A stretch of 59,180 bases of DNA from Nitrospira sp. (GCA_016873435.1 VGXF01000010.1:1-59180), one strand, 5' to 3'. Shown: positions 1-9,988, counted from the stretch's first letter. Program-made: numbers and translations. Notes: a model not told the origin generated them from the letters alone.

Positions 1-46
1 AATTCACGCAAGTTATACCCCAGAAGAGACCAATCAGTTTTTTAGT

Positions 47-499
47 TCATCCCTTGCTCAGCTTCGATCTGACTAAGTCGCTGACCTGTTTACCGTCCAC
101 AGTTTTTCCCACCAGTTTGGCCATCGCGGCCTTCATCGCAGTACCCATGTCTTTCGTCCCTGTGGCACCGGTTTCCTTAATGGCGGCGTCCACAGCCTGG
201 GCGACTTCATCCGCGGAGGCGGCTTGGGGCAGATAGCTCTCGATGATGGCAATCTCCTTGGTCTCCTTGGCGGCCAGGTCGTCGCGGTTGGCTTTCTGAA
301 ACTGTTCGATGGATTCACGCCGTTGTTTGACAAGGTTGGCCATGAGCTTGCTCATCTCCGCGTCATCAAGCGTCTTCTTCAGTTCGATTTCCTTGTTGAG
401 CACGGCCGCTTTGATCATGCGGATGACGTCCATCCGAAGCTGATCCTTAGCCTTCATGGCGGTTTTGAGGTCGTCTGAGAGGCGGTCCTGAAGCGACAT
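47..499 (-). CDS. GatB/YqeY domain protein
   Basis: 150-aa ORF. The translation resembles the YqeY/GatB C-terminal-like family (MSLQDRLSDDLKTAMKAKD...IAIIESYLP). High coding GC3. Confidence 0.75.
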   Translation of the reverse strand: MSLQDRLSDDLKTAMKAKDQLRMDVIRMIKAAVLNKEIELKKTLDDAEMSKLMANLVKQRRESIEQFQKANRDDLAAKETKEIAIIESYLPQAASADEVAQAVDAAIKETGATGTKDMGTAMKAAMAKLVGKTVDGKQVSDLVRSKLSKG

Positions 500-615
500 G
501 GAATCCCTTTCCTTGTGCGTATGCGATTGCGATGTAGGCGAGAATAGTCCGCGGGGAGGACGGAGTCAAGAACGTCGGGGCCGCATGATGCTCAGTTGCT
601 GGGAAGAAGGCCTGT

Positions 616-852
616 ATGAAAACCCTGTTGGCGTTTCTGGTATCGGTGGTCTGGCTAATAACGATTGGCTGTGCTGAGGAGAAGGCCACCCCGGCCCCAT
701 CGCAGCGAGCGATGCCGTCTCACTCCGGTCGGTTCTTCGACAAGATGAACCAGGACGAACACCATTACACGAAGGACGAGAACAAATCTCTCGACGGCGG
801 GCACTTACCGTTGTTACTAGCGGCTTTCCCGCCCGGACAGGACGTCGGTTAG
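616..852 (+). CDS. small putative lipoprotein (hypothetical)
   Basis: 78-aa ORF with a signal peptide plus lipobox (LITIGC). Its 3' end overlaps the MFS gene 3' end. Weak. Confidence 0.3.
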   Translation: MKTLLAFLVSVVWLITIGCAEEKATPAPSQRAMPSHSGRFFDKMNQDEHHYTKDENKSLDGGHLPLLLAAFPPGQDVG

Positions 853-2094
853 CGGCTTCACGAACGGTAATTCAGCCACGAGCCGACGGTGCGAGATCGG
901 CTCCACCAGACGCGGTTCCCTGAATGTCCGCAGCAGGCTGAGCGAGACCATCAGCCGCAGGATGCCGGAAATAAAGAAGACCGCCTGTAAATTGGACGCG
1001 AGGCGCCAGTCGTGGCCAGCCAGCGAGAATTCAGCCGGCACCACCGTGGCCAGCCAACCGCCCAGCATCGCGCCTGCGAACCAGCCCATCGCATTAATCG
1101 TGTTCCACACAGCGACCCCCTTAGCCCGGTCTTCTGGACGCACGGCGTCAAAGACATAATTCTGCAGACCGAGTGCCAGCCCTGCCCAGATCGATCCACC
1201 GAAAAAATTCACGCCTAGTAGATAAACAAAATCCGTGCTGATGAGATAGAGCATCGGCAGAAACGGCACGGTCAGTCCGGTCGCCACGAGTAGTTTCTTG
1301 TTTCCAAAGCGGTCGCCGAGCCGTCCCCACGGCTTCAGCGTCAGAAACTGTCCCACCACGCCAGCGGCCAACCATGAGGCATACATCCAATAGGACCAAT
1401 GCAGGTCCCGCAGCAGATAGATCACGAAGTAGGGGCCGGAAATCAGGACGCAGACGTGCATCAGGCCGGAAAACCAGAGAAAGCGCTGGTAATTCCTGCT
1501 CCGCTCGTGGCGGAGAAATTCGAACAGCCGGAATTTGGCCTCGCGCGTAGCGGGCGCGGCGGACTCGTCCATGCGGTTTAAATAGCGCACAGAGAGCAGC
1601 CGTGCGGTAGAGGCGGCTAGGAAGATCAGCGCGAAGCCCCCCCAGGCTCGTGTGCGCGTCTCCGCCCAGTGCAGCACAAGACCGGCGGCGCAGAGCGCGG
1701 AGAAGCTTAGGACCGTCATGACCTTCAGGCGACGTGCAAAATAGGCGCCCCGTTCATGGGGTTGGACGAGATCGGTGATCAGGCTGTTCCAGGCCGGTAC
1801 GGCGAAGTGGCCAAGTCCGAAATAGGCTACCGTGCAGGCGATGAGAATCCAGGGGCCGTCGGCTGGAGCCAGTAGCGGCAGCGCGAGCAACGGCAGCCAG
1901 GAGAGTGCCTGACCGCTGGCGCCCACGAGCATAATCGTTTTGCGGTGCTGAAACCGGTTCAGGGCCTTGACGGAGAGCAGTTGCGTCCAGGTACCGACCA
2001 GTTGCGGGAGGGCGGAGAGCAGTCCGATCTGAAACGGCGACGCTTGGAGAAGAAGCGCAAAAGCGGACAGATACTGCTCGCCACTACCCTGCAT
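817..2094 (-). CDS. MFS transporter
   Basis: Multi-TM translation typical of the major facilitator superfamily. The stop at 817 is firm. The start is ambiguous, with alternatives at 2268 or 2424. Tandem TATAAT boxes at about 2185-2202 (minus strand) lie inside the longer versions, which favours the 2094 ATG. Confidence 0.6.
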   Translation of the reverse strand: MQGSGEQYLSAFALLLQASPFQIGLLSALPQLVGTWTQLLSVKALNRFQHRKTIMLVGASGQALSWLPLLALPLLAPADGPWILIACTVAYFGLGHFAVPAWNSLITDLVQPHERGAYFARRLKVMTVLSFSALCAAGLVLHWAETRTRAWGGFALIFLAASTARLLSVRYLNRMDESAAPATREAKFRLFEFLRHERSRNYQRFLWFSGLMHVCVLISGPYFVIYLLRDLHWSYWMYASWLAAGVVGQFLTLKPWGRLGDRFGNKKLLVATGLTVPFLPMLYLISTDFVYLLGVNFFGGSIWAGLALGLQNYVFDAVRPEDRAKGVAVWNTINAMGWFAGAMLGGWLATVVPAEFSLAGHDWRLASNLQAVFFISGILRLMVSLSLLRTFREPRLVEPISHRRLVAELPFVKPLTDVLSGRESR

Positions 2095-2284
2095 GAGGGC
2101 CTGGCAGGCGCCGTCGCGGATGCCGGCGCGTCGGCTCTGTTCGCTGGCGGTTTCGTAAGAATCGGTGGAGGTGGACACGAGTGCATTATAGCCCACATTA
2201 TACCTGAATGTGGGCAGGCAGAGTTCGGGGCGGGCTTCGGCGATTTGGTTGCATTCCTGAAAACCCATGCAGTAGGCTGAATCT

Positions 2285-2914
2285 ATGCAGCACATCGGCC
2301 GCGACGGGGTAGGATTTCCGGCAGTTGTCCTCCTCGGCGCCCTTACCATGGCAAGCCTCGCGTATGCCAGCGATCCGCGGGCGCCAAAAGAACAGCGCAA
2401 CACCGGTGATATCGATCCGTCCAAGCTGCCGTCCTTCGATCAACAGAAGCTGGGCATTCCGCAGTCGCTCTTCGTGTCCATCCACATGGCGCGCGGGTTT
2501 CAGGAGGAATGGGACAGTTTCGGACGCAAAGGCTGGTACACGCAGGATCCGCGGCTGAAACCAATCGACCCCGGCGCGACGCAGTTTGCACTGGACGCGC
2601 CGGCGGTTTATATCGTATTTGAGGTAGCGCCGCTGGAAGACCCCGCCCAGTTCAGCGCACAGTGGTTCTTGCTCGATAAGAATGGCCGGCCCTCAGCCGA
2701 GGCGGCTGGCAAGGACGTGCTTGAAGTCCCGGGTCACGAGCGCTACGGCTACCTGGAGTTGAAAAAGCCGGCCTCTGGCAACTGGTCACAGGGGGAGTAT
2801 CTGGTCAAGCTGTTCATCACGCCGCTCGGCCAACAGCCGTTTCACGCAGCCAATCAGGTAGGGACGATGAAATTCACCATCACGGACCAGCCGTCGTCTA
2901 CGCCAAAGAAATGA
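2285..2914 (+). CDS. secreted hypothetical protein
   Basis: 209-aa ORF with an N-terminal signal peptide (AVVLLGALTMASLAYA). No recognisable family. Confidence 0.55.
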   Translation: MQHIGRDGVGFPAVVLLGALTMASLAYASDPRAPKEQRNTGDIDPSKLPSFDQQKLGIPQSLFVSIHMARGFQEEWDSFGRKGWYTQDPRLKPIDPGATQFALDAPAVYIVFEVAPLEDPAQFSAQWFLLDKNGRPSAEAAGKDVLEVPGHERYGYLELKKPASGNWSQGEYLVKLFITPLGQQPFHAANQVGTMKFTITDQPSSTPKK

Positions 2915-2966
2915 TCCATCGCATCCGACAGCTCATCCGGCATCGTTTCTACTTCATTTAATTAAT

Positions 2967-3233
2967 ATGCCCATCTACGAATATCTCGCTGTGGAATGCC
3001 TCCGGAAGCCGGCCTGCTCCGGGCGCAAGGAGTATATTCAGAGTCTCTCGGAGCAGCCACTGACAAAGTGCCGGGAGTGCGAGGCGCCGATCCAGCGTGT
3101 ATTCTCGTTGTTTGCTGCACGGTCAGGCGCAGTCGGGGTCTCAACGCCCGATCCGACAGGCTTGAACATGACCAATATCCCAGCGCCACCCAAGATGCCG
3201 TCTGACGGGGAAGGCTGCGGGCATGACCACTGA
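2967..3233 (+). CDS. FmdB-family zinc-ribbon protein
   Basis: The MPIYEY...C..C...C..C arrangement is typical of FmdB/putative regulatory zinc ribbons. Confidence 0.65.
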   Translation: MPIYEYLAVECLRKPACSGRKEYIQSLSEQPLTKCRECEAPIQRVFSLFAARSGAVGVSTPDPTGLNMTNIPAPPKMPSDGEGCGHDH

Positions 3234-3286
3234 ATTTATAAAGCGCGCAGGGCAACAGGTAGCAGGGTAAGGGGTAGGCCGACACG

Positions 3287-3562
3287 ATGAAGGTAACAGA
3301 TCCGGAAAAACTGGCGCTGCTTTATGAGCGATTTCGCGATGTGTGTCTCGTGGAAAAGGAAGTCTGGAAAGAAATTTTTCTCCAGCGGGACGCGGCACCG
3401 GGCGGGCCGGTGCTTACGAATCGGCAGGATCGCTATGAAGTAGTGATTGACGATACGGAGGTCGAGAACACGCTGGAGGCCAATATCCCGCGAGGCTCAA
3501 GCGCATTGGGGGCGGCAATTCAGGAGTACCGCCCCCACATTATTTTCATTAAGAAAGGCTAG
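3287..3562 (+). CDS. hypothetical protein
   Basis: 91-aa ORF. No motif recognised. Confidence 0.4.
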   Translation: MKVTDPEKLALLYERFRDVCLVEKEVWKEIFLQRDAAPGGPVLTNRQDRYEVVIDDTEVENTLEANIPRGSSALGAAIQEYRPHIIFIKKG

Positions 3563-3630
3563 GCATCAGTTAACAGTGTCAAATGGGCAGTTAGCCCAGA
3601 AACTGAGCACTGATCACCGAGAACTGACAA

Positions 3631-4209
3631 CTATTTACCCAGCGCCGTTTCGATCCCCTGTACAATTTCACGCGACAGCGGTTTTGTCCGGTGATGGAAG
3701 CGGGCGATCACATTGCCAGACCGGTCCACCAGATATTTCTGAAAGTTCCATTCGACTTCGCCGGGGAAGGAGCTTCGCTCGGTGAGGTACTGATACAGCG
3801 GATGCTTGTCGGAGCCCGTGACGCTGATCTTGCTGAAGAGAGGAAAGCTGACGCTGTACTTGGTGAGACAGAAACCCTTGATATCCTGATTGGTGCCTGG
3901 CTCCTGCTGGCCAAAATTATTGGCTGGGAAGGCCAGTACCTCGAGCCCGCGCGCCTGATACTTCTCGTAGATCGTCTCCAGGTCCGTATACTGCGGGGTG
4001 TTCCCGCAGAAACTAGCCGTGTTCACCACCAGCAGCACCTTCCCCTTGAATTTGCTCAGCGGGGTCGGCTTACCGTCGATGTCGTCCATCGTAAAGTCGT
4101 AAATACTTCCGGTCTGTGCGGCCATCACCAGTGGTCCTTTCTCAGAGGCCTGCGCGCCCCCGGTGAGTACTGCCAGTACGATCAGGCCGACCAGTGCAAG
4201 TGTCTTCAT
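3631..4209 (-). CDS. glutathione peroxidase (Cys type) with signal peptide
   Basis: Gpx motifs (VNTASFCGNT, FPANNFGQQEPG, WNFQKYLVDR). The active site uses Cys, not a TGA Sec codon. N-terminal signal peptide. Confidence 0.85.
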   Translation of the reverse strand: MKTLALVGLIVLAVLTGGAQASEKGPLVMAAQTGSIYDFTMDDIDGKPTPLSKFKGKVLLVVNTASFCGNTPQYTDLETIYEKYQARGLEVLAFPANNFGQQEPGTNQDIKGFCLTKYSVSFPLFSKISVTGSDKHPLYQYLTERSSFPGEVEWNFQKYLVDRSGNVIARFHHRTKPLSREIVQGIETALGK

Positions 4210-4223
4210 AAGGCCCCCTCAGG

Positions 4224-5111
4224 TTAGAGTCTCTGCAGTGCTGCGATGCGGGCTTCGATCGGCGGATGCGTGGCGAAGAGGCTCATCAGCCCCCCCGACT
4301 TGCCGGCAATCTTCATCGTCGCCAGCGCATCCTGCGGTGCGTATTCCATCTGCGCGCGATTCATCCAGCGGTCAATGCCCTGCAATGCCGCGATCATCGA
4401 ATCCTTGCCATAGACTTTAGCCGAGAAAGCGTCGGCCTGGAATTCCCGCTTCCGCGAGTACCAGTTGATCACGAGCATCGCCAGAATGCCCAACGCGATC
4501 TCTAGCACGATGGAGACCACAAAGCCCAGCATGGCCTGGTCACGTTCGGCGAAAAGCCGGCGGACCCACATGGCGATGAAGTACACGAAGGTATTCATCA
4601 GGCCGGCCAACACGGTGGTGGTGAACATGTCGCCGTTGAACACGTGGCCCATCTCGTGGGCCAGCACGGCGCGGACTTCTTTTTCGTTCAGATTGTTCAG
4701 AAGGCCAGTCGAGACGGCAACCATGGCATTGTTTTTCGAAGGGCCGGTTGCGAAGGCGTTGGGGTCAGGCGAATCGTAGACCCAAATTTCTGGCATCTTA
4801 ATCTCAAGCCGGCGGGCAATTTCCTGGATAGAGCCATAGATGACCTGTTCAGCGTGGGTGCGCGGCTGGGTGATCTGTGTGCAGTGCAGCATGGCGCGGG
4901 CCATCTGCTTTGAAAACGCCAGGCTGAGGAAGGCGCCCCCCATGCCGAGCACGAAGGCATAGAGCAGCATCATGTCGTTAATCGAGCCGCGGATATCGAT
5001 CCCAAAGGCCGGTAGCACGACGTAAGCGAGCACGTTGAAGACGACGAACAAGGCGACGCCGATCAACAGATTCGAAATCAGCAGCAACCCAATTCCTTTC
5101 ATCCACTTCAT
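4224..5111 (-). CDS. htpX: protease HtpX (M48 zinc metalloprotease)
   Basis: HEMGH zinc motif, TM segments and HtpX-like ends. The start is set at MKWMKG, with GGAGG 6 nt upstream. The ORF track extends it to 5228. Confidence 0.85.
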   Translation of the reverse strand: MKWMKGIGLLLISNLLIGVALFVVFNVLAYVVLPAFGIDIRGSINDMMLLYAFVLGMGGAFLSLAFSKQMARAMLHCTQITQPRTHAEQVIYGSIQEIARRLEIKMPEIWVYDSPDPNAFATGPSKNNAMVAVSTGLLNNLNEKEVRAVLAHEMGHVFNGDMFTTTVLAGLMNTFVYFIAMWVRRLFAERDQAMLGFVVSIVLEIALGILAMLVINWYSRKREFQADAFSAKVYGKDSMIAALQGIDRWMNRAQMEYAPQDALATMKIAGKSGGLMSLFATHPPIEARIAALQRL

Positions 5112-5271
5112 GGAATCCTCCTTAGCCCTTGCTGGATGCCAGCCTGTCGACTGCGTACGTATTATACAAGACCAATAACGAAAAATCAGCAGGCAGAGTA
5201 GAGATAAAGCCTCACCGTGTGCCGTCAAGCCCTTTATTGACGGGTTTTTCAGCTTCTGTTAGAAGGAAAAC

Positions 5272-5697
5272 ATGCACTTGGCAGTTCTGCGAATGCTGAT
5301 GGCCGTATGCCTGCTGTGGCCGGCCAGCTCCATGATTCATGCCGACACGACGACTTCCGCCGCGCCCGTGACGGCCGAACTTGGCGTAGATGGTATCCAG
5401 CGCGCCACCATCACGCTCGACAGCTATTCCTATGCGCCGAGCCACCTCATTGTCCACTCGGGTATACCTGTTGAATTAATGTTGATCCGAGCCACTGTGT
5501 TTGTCCCGCACAATTTCCTGTTGAAAGAGCCGGATGCCGATATCGTCATCGAAGAGGATGTCGGTCATAGCGAGCCGACCCGGGTGAAATTTACGCCGAC
5601 CAAGCCCGGTCTATACCGCTACTACTGCGACCGAAAGTTTCCCTTTCGCCCCAGTCACAAAGAACAGGGGATGGAAGGTAAGCTAGAAGTCAAATAA
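5272..5697 (+). CDS. cupredoxin-like copper protein (secreted)
   Basis: Signal peptide. Candidate Cu ligands are His, Cys (YRYYCD), His and Met, in a roughly 115-aa mature domain. Confidence 0.5.
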   Translation: MHLAVLRMLMAVCLLWPASSMIHADTTTSAAPVTAELGVDGIQRATITLDSYSYAPSHLIVHSGIPVELMLIRATVFVPHNFLLKEPDADIVIEEDVGHSEPTRVKFTPTKPGLYRYYCDRKFPFRPSHKEQGMEGKLEVK

Positions 5698-5701
5698 TGG
5701 A

Positions 5702-6739
5702 GTGGTTACGGATATCAATTCCGCTAAACGCGCGCCGCTGCGCGACCTCCTCAAGCAAGTCTCGCGGCTGTTCTATACGACGCTGACCGTGGTGCCTGGT
5801 TCGGTGCGGGACCAGGTCGGCCTGGCCTATCTGTTTGCCCGCGCTGCGGACACAATCGCCGATACAGAGGTCATTGAGCGCGCACGCCGAACGCAGTTCC
5901 TCACCAAGTTCCGAGGTCAGTTCGCCGGCCCGCAGATCAACTGGGACGCGATTCGCAGCATTCAATCCGCGCTGGCTCCGCACCAGGCCGATTCCGCCGA
6001 GCGCGTGCTGATCCAGCGGCTCGAGGACTGTTTCCATCTCTATCAGAACTGTACGGACGACGACCGTCTGAGGATTCGTCGCCTAATGACTACGCTGACC
6101 AACGGCATGGACATGGACCTCTGGCTCTTCCCGGGCGACAAGCTGGTCGCGCTGAAGACGCCGGAGGAGTTGGATCAGTACGCGTATTTCGTGGCCGGCT
6201 GCGTTGGCGAGTTCTGGACTGATCTCATGTGTGGGCATCTGCCGCCGCTGGCGGCGTGGAACGTGAGAGAAATGTCCGCGCTTGGCGTCCAGTTCGGCAA
6301 GGGCCTGCAGTTGACGAACATCGTGAAGGATCTGTCGAGGGACCTGCGGCGCGGGCGGTGCTATGTGCCGGAACCGTGGCTCACGGAGGTAGGGCTCACA
6401 CCGGCCGATCTGCTCAATTCCGAATCGCTTCCGAAGTTTCGTCCGATTCTCAGACGGCTTGCTGAAATGGCGCGGGCCCATCTGGACCAGGGCTGGATCT
6501 ACACGATGGCGCTTCCGCGGCAGGAGATCCGGTTGCGGCTCTCCTGCATGTGGCCGATCCTGTCGGCAGGCGAAACGCTGCGGCTGGTGCTGGCGTCGCC
6601 CGAGCTGCTGAATCCGGCGGTCACCGTGAAGATTTCGCGTGGAACCGTCTATCGGATGATGGCGTTGACGATCCTCACCGGCGCCTGCGGCTACGTCGGC
6701 ACGGCCTACTGGGGCTGGCTAAGGAAACAGATCGGCTGA
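5702..6739 (+). CDS. squalene/phytoene synthase family protein (HpnC/HpnD-like)
   Basis: YLFARAADTIAD (DxxxD) and NIVKDLSRDLRRGRCYVP motifs of trans-isoprenyl diphosphate synthase head-to-head enzymes. Confidence 0.75.
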   Translation: MVTDINSAKRAPLRDLLKQVSRLFYTTLTVVPGSVRDQVGLAYLFARAADTIADTEVIERARRTQFLTKFRGQFAGPQINWDAIRSIQSALAPHQADSAERVLIQRLEDCFHLYQNCTDDDRLRIRRLMTTLTNGMDMDLWLFPGDKLVALKTPEELDQYAYFVAGCVGEFWTDLMCGHLPPLAAWNVREMSALGVQFGKGLQLTNIVKDLSRDLRRGRCYVPEPWLTEVGLTPADLLNSESLPKFRPILRRLAEMARAHLDQGWIYTMALPRQEIRLRLSCMWPILSAGETLRLVLASPELLNPAVTVKISRGTVYRMMALTILTGACGYVGTAYWGWLRKQIG

Positions 6740-7003
6740 CAAAGGGCGAACTCTCCGGCGCCGGCATGATGCGGTAAACTCTCCTGGCTATTGACGTCGT
6801 TCATTTGGCCGCTCGCCTCATCGGTCTACCGGAGCCAGCTTACGGCTGAAGGCATGCCCGAACGGTTCTCCGAGCAAAAGCCTGGAATGGTGCGCGGTGC
6901 GGCGAATAAGAAGGGCCACGTGTGTGCGCGCCGCCAAGTCGGTGCAGCGGCCGGGACTGTTCCAGGCGGTGGGTAAGCGAGCGGCATCGCGGCCCGTCCT
7001 GCG

Positions 7004-7312
7004 CTACTTGTGTCCCCCAGCCGGGGGGGCCTTTGTCGGCTCCAGCAGCTTCTCGCCCTTGCGATACACCGCGTAGATTGCCTGCGACGGGCAGGCATCC
7101 AGGCACAGGCGGCAGGTTTCCATGCACCGCGAGGCGTCAAACTTGAGCGGCGGCGTCGAGAGCCAGGCGCCGGTCGGGCAGACGGGAATGCAAACGCCGT
7201 TGTGCGTACAGCGGTCGGGATGGCGAACGAGGTGATCGCGAACGAGCATCATGGGTTCAACTCCTTCGAAAAGGCCTTGCGAGAAAATCTCCAGCATGTT
7301 CTTTTTCGGCAC
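7004..7312 (-). CDS. 4Fe-4S ferredoxin (2 clusters)
   Basis: Two CxxCxxCxxxCP motifs (CTHNGVCIPVCP, CMETCRLCLDACP). Confidence 0.75.
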   Translation of the reverse strand: MPKKNMLEIFSQGLFEGVEPMMLVRDHLVRHPDRCTHNGVCIPVCPTGAWLSTPPLKFDASRCMETCRLCLDACPSQAIYAVYRKGEKLLEPTKAPPAGGHK

Positions 7313-7398
7313 AGGGTCCTCACTGTCACGGTGTTCTTAGCTCGTATTTCGTAACGCGCCGGAATTTCCAAAACCAGATACGCTGCACGAGGCACGCG

Positions 7399-7752
7399 TC
7401 ACACGTTTCCAAGCGGCTCCAGTTTCTTCGGTACGGGATGATCCGGCATCAGCAGCCGCTCGACGATCTCGCCCTTGACGACGTGGCGCTCGACGATTTC
7501 CGTCACGTCCGCCTCGGTGCCCACCCAGTACCACACACCTTCCGGATAAATTACGGCGCTGGGGCCGAGGTCACAGTGGTCCAGGCAGCCGGCCTTGTTG
7601 GCCCGCACCACGCCCTTGAGATTAAGCCGCTTTACTTCTTTTTTGAAGCATTCCTGAAGATGTTCGGAGCCGCGCGCCGCACAGCACCCGCGCGGATCGT
7701 CCGCAGGGCGTTTGTTGGTACAGACGAAGATGTGACGTTTGAAGGCCGGCAT
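7399..7752 (-). CDS. 2Fe-2S ferredoxin, thioredoxin-like fold
   Basis: Cys pattern C..C...C.HC plus CxxxC. Similar to the NuoE-like 2Fe-2S family. Confidence 0.65.
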   Translation of the reverse strand: MPAFKRHIFVCTNKRPADDPRGCCAARGSEHLQECFKKEVKRLNLKGVVRANKAGCLDHCDLGPSAVIYPEGVWYWVGTEADVTEIVERHVVKGEIVERLLMPDHPVPKKLEPLGNV

Positions 7753-7763
7753 GGCCGTGCGGG

Positions 7764-8159
7764 TCAGGCGGAGGCCGGAGCCTTGTGGTTCTGCACCCGC
7801 TGCAGGAGCGAGGAGACATCGGCCGGTTCAACCAGGCGCGCTCCTGATTGGGCCCCGAGCAGAGCCTGGATTTCCCGCAGCCGTAACTGTGCGCGTTGAA
7901 AGGGCTCAGCTGTGCTCATCACGGAGGATTGGCCGACATTGAGTTTGTCGAACTCTGCTTTGATGTCGCGAAAATCGCGCTGGAGATTTTTTTGCATCGA
8001 GCACCCTTCGCAATACCATTTGGGGCTGGCATCTGACGACGGCGAGAGGCGGTCGTAGGTCCGTCCGAAGAAATCCTTACCAAGCGAGAGTTTCATCAAC
8101 GGGTTACGGTCGGCGCCGCAAGCATCGCAGCGTCCAGCGGAGGGGTTTGTCTCGGCCAT
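7764..8159 (-). CDS. zinc-ribbon hypothetical protein
   Basis: CDACG...CEGC four-Cys pair. 12 nt upstream of the 2Fe-2S ferredoxin gene on the same strand. Confidence 0.5.
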   Translation of the reverse strand: MAETNPSAGRCDACGADRNPLMKLSLGKDFFGRTYDRLSPSSDASPKWYCEGCSMQKNLQRDFRDIKAEFDKLNVGQSSVMSTAEPFQRAQLRLREIQALLGAQSGARLVEPADVSSLLQRVQNHKAPASA

Positions 8160-8255
8160 GGCGCGTCTCCAAAATCAACGGGCGCATCTTACATGAGCGG
8201 TCTTGAACCTGTCCAGCGAGAGGATTCTGCAGGGAACGTGCGGTATAATGGGGCC

Positions 8256-9362
8256 ATGCTGATTGTCGGTGTGCCCAAAGAGATCAAGGATCACGAGTTT
8301 CGCGTTGGCCTGACACCGGATGGAGCTGCGGCACTGTGTCAGGCTGGGCACACGGTGTGGGTCGAGCCGTCAGCCGGTGAGGGCAGCGGGTTTTCAGACG
8401 ATGAGTACCGAAAAGCTGGCGCGCACCTCGCCTCATCGAAGGCGCAGGTGTTTCGCGAGGCGGAGCTCATCGTGAAGGTGAAGGAGCCGCTGCTCTCCGA
8501 GGTGGCGCTGTTCCGTCAGGGACAGACGCTCTTCACCTATTTGCATCTGGCGGCGCTGCCCGAACTGACGAAGGCGCTCGTGGAGGCAAAGATCACGGCC
8601 ATTGCCCGTGAAACGGTGGAGGCGCCCGATGGGAGCCTGCCGCTACTGACGCCTATGAGCGAGATTGCCGGGCGCATGTCCGTGCAGGTCGGCGCGCACT
8701 ACCTGGAACGGACACGCGGCGGGCGGGGCGTGCTGCTGAGCGGCGTACCCGGCGTGGCGCCGGGCCGGGTCGTGGTATTGGGCTCCGGCGTGGTCGGCAG
8801 CGCGGCGACACGGATTGCCGTAGGATTGGGCGCGCAGGTAACGGTGATCGGAGCCGACCTGGGCCAATTGCGTCGGCTGGACGATCTGTACCAGGGGCGG
8901 ATCGTGACGCTGGCGGCGAGTCAGGCGTCGATCGCCCGGGAAGTCGAACGGGCCGATCTCGTGATCGGCGCGGTGCTGGTGCGCGGTGCGAAGACGCCGA
9001 CGCTGGTGTCGCGGGCTGTGGTCGGCCGTATGCAGAAAGGTGCCGTGATCGTGGACGTATCAGTGGATCAGGCTGGCTGCGTCGAAACCATGAGGCCGAC
9101 GACCCATTCCGATCCGGTGTTCGAAGTGGACGGCGTCCTGCACTATGGTGTGACGAACATGCCCGGCATCGTGCCGCACACGTCGACTTTAGCCTTGACC
9201 AATGCGACGCTACCCTTTATAGTCCGGCTTGCTTCTGCTGGCGTGGAACGAGCGATCCGATACGATACGGGGCTGGCCCGGGGCGTGAACGTGAAGGACG
9301 GGCGGATCACCTGTCAGGGAGTCGCCGACGCGCACGGTCTTCGGTTCGACCCGCTCAACTGA
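8256..9362 (+). CDS. ald: alanine dehydrogenase
   Basis: [12 protein letters not shown]-terminus, Rossmann GSGVVG motif and Ald-family length. The upstream in-frame ATG at 8193 is rejected because it contains a TATAAT box. Confidence 0.9.
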   Translation: MLIVGVPKEIKDHEFRVGLTPDGAAALCQAGHTVWVEPSAGEGSGFSDDEYRKAGAHLASSKAQVFREAELIVKVKEPLLSEVALFRQGQTLFTYLHLAALPELTKALVEAKITAIARETVEAPDGSLPLLTPMSEIAGRMSVQVGAHYLERTRGGRGVLLSGVPGVAPGRVVVLGSGVVGSAATRIAVGLGAQVTVIGADLGQLRRLDDLYQGRIVTLAASQASIAREVERADLVIGAVLVRGAKTPTLVSRAVVGRMQKGAVIVDVSVDQAGCVETMRPTTHSDPVFEVDGVLHYGVTNMPGIVPHTSTLALTNATLPFIVRLASAGVERAIRYDTGLARGVNVKDGRITCQGVADAHGLRFDPLN

Positions 9363-9402
9363 CGGCAAGCAGACCGCAAGCGAAAACCTCACCAGGATCG
9401 AT

Positions 9403-9479
<77 letters not shown>

Positions 9480-9486
9480 CCGGTCG

Positions 9487-9517
9487 CTCGCGAAACCCGC
9501 GTCGCGTGTTTCGCGAG
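9487..9517 (+). terminator. perfect 10-bp inverted repeat (stem-loop) just 3' of tRNA-Pro
   Basis: CTCGCGAAAC-ccgcgtcgcgt-GTTTCGCGAG. No T-tract follows, so it is a processing or terminator element of uncertain type. Confidence 0.4.
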
Positions 9518-9697
9518 CCTCGGGTAGTCAGCCACCTTGTAAAAATCTGTCCTGTTTACGTCACGTTCCGTGCCCGGGTTCTTGGCGCCTGAGCAACTAC
9601 TGTAAGCCGGGCCCTCTTTTCGCGTCCCCTCTTGCATTGTCTTTTCCTGGTCACTTCTCTATCCTAGTGTCGTTCATTTTAATACGAGTGGCCTCAT

Positions 9698-9988
9698 GTG
9701 ATGATGTCCCCGGCTATTGTGCGCGCACATATCTGGGTCAGCGGTGGGGTACAGGGCGTCGGCTACCGGGCCTTTACCCAGCGGGTGGCCGTTCAAAAAG
9801 GGTTGTGCGGAGGCGTACGTAATCTCGATGACGGACGGGTGGAGGTGGACGTAGAGGGAAGCCGTCCGGCGATTGAGAGCCTGATCAAGTCGCTGTGGAT
9901 GGGAACACCGATGGCTCGCGTTCGAAACGTGCAGGTACAATGGGAGACGGCCATCAGCGGTGAACGTGAGTTTCATATTCTCGGGTGA
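9698..9988 (+). CDS. acyP: acylphosphatase
   Basis: VSGGVQGVGYRAF signature, about 95 aa. Confidence 0.8.
   Translation: MMMSPAIVRAHIWVSGGVQGVGYRAFTQRVAVQKGLCGGVRNLDDGRVEVDVEGSRPAIESLIKSLWMGTPMARVRNVQVQWETAISGEREFHILG

Noticed and set aside
3631-4209. Selenocysteine-containing glutathione peroxidase
   Set aside because: The active-site residue is encoded by a Cys codon and the ORF is uninterrupted, so no in-frame TGA or SECIS is needed.
6791-7146. Several 60-100 aa ORFs on both strands in the 6740..7003 spacer and over the ferredoxin 3' end
   Set aside because: Overlapping, Arg/Pro/Gly-rich, no SD sequences. Treated as GC-rich non-coding spacer.
8193-8255. Upstream in-frame ATG for ald
   Set aside because: The 21-aa extension is not Ald-like and contains a TATAAT box. 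The conserved [11 protein letters not shown] start is at 8256.
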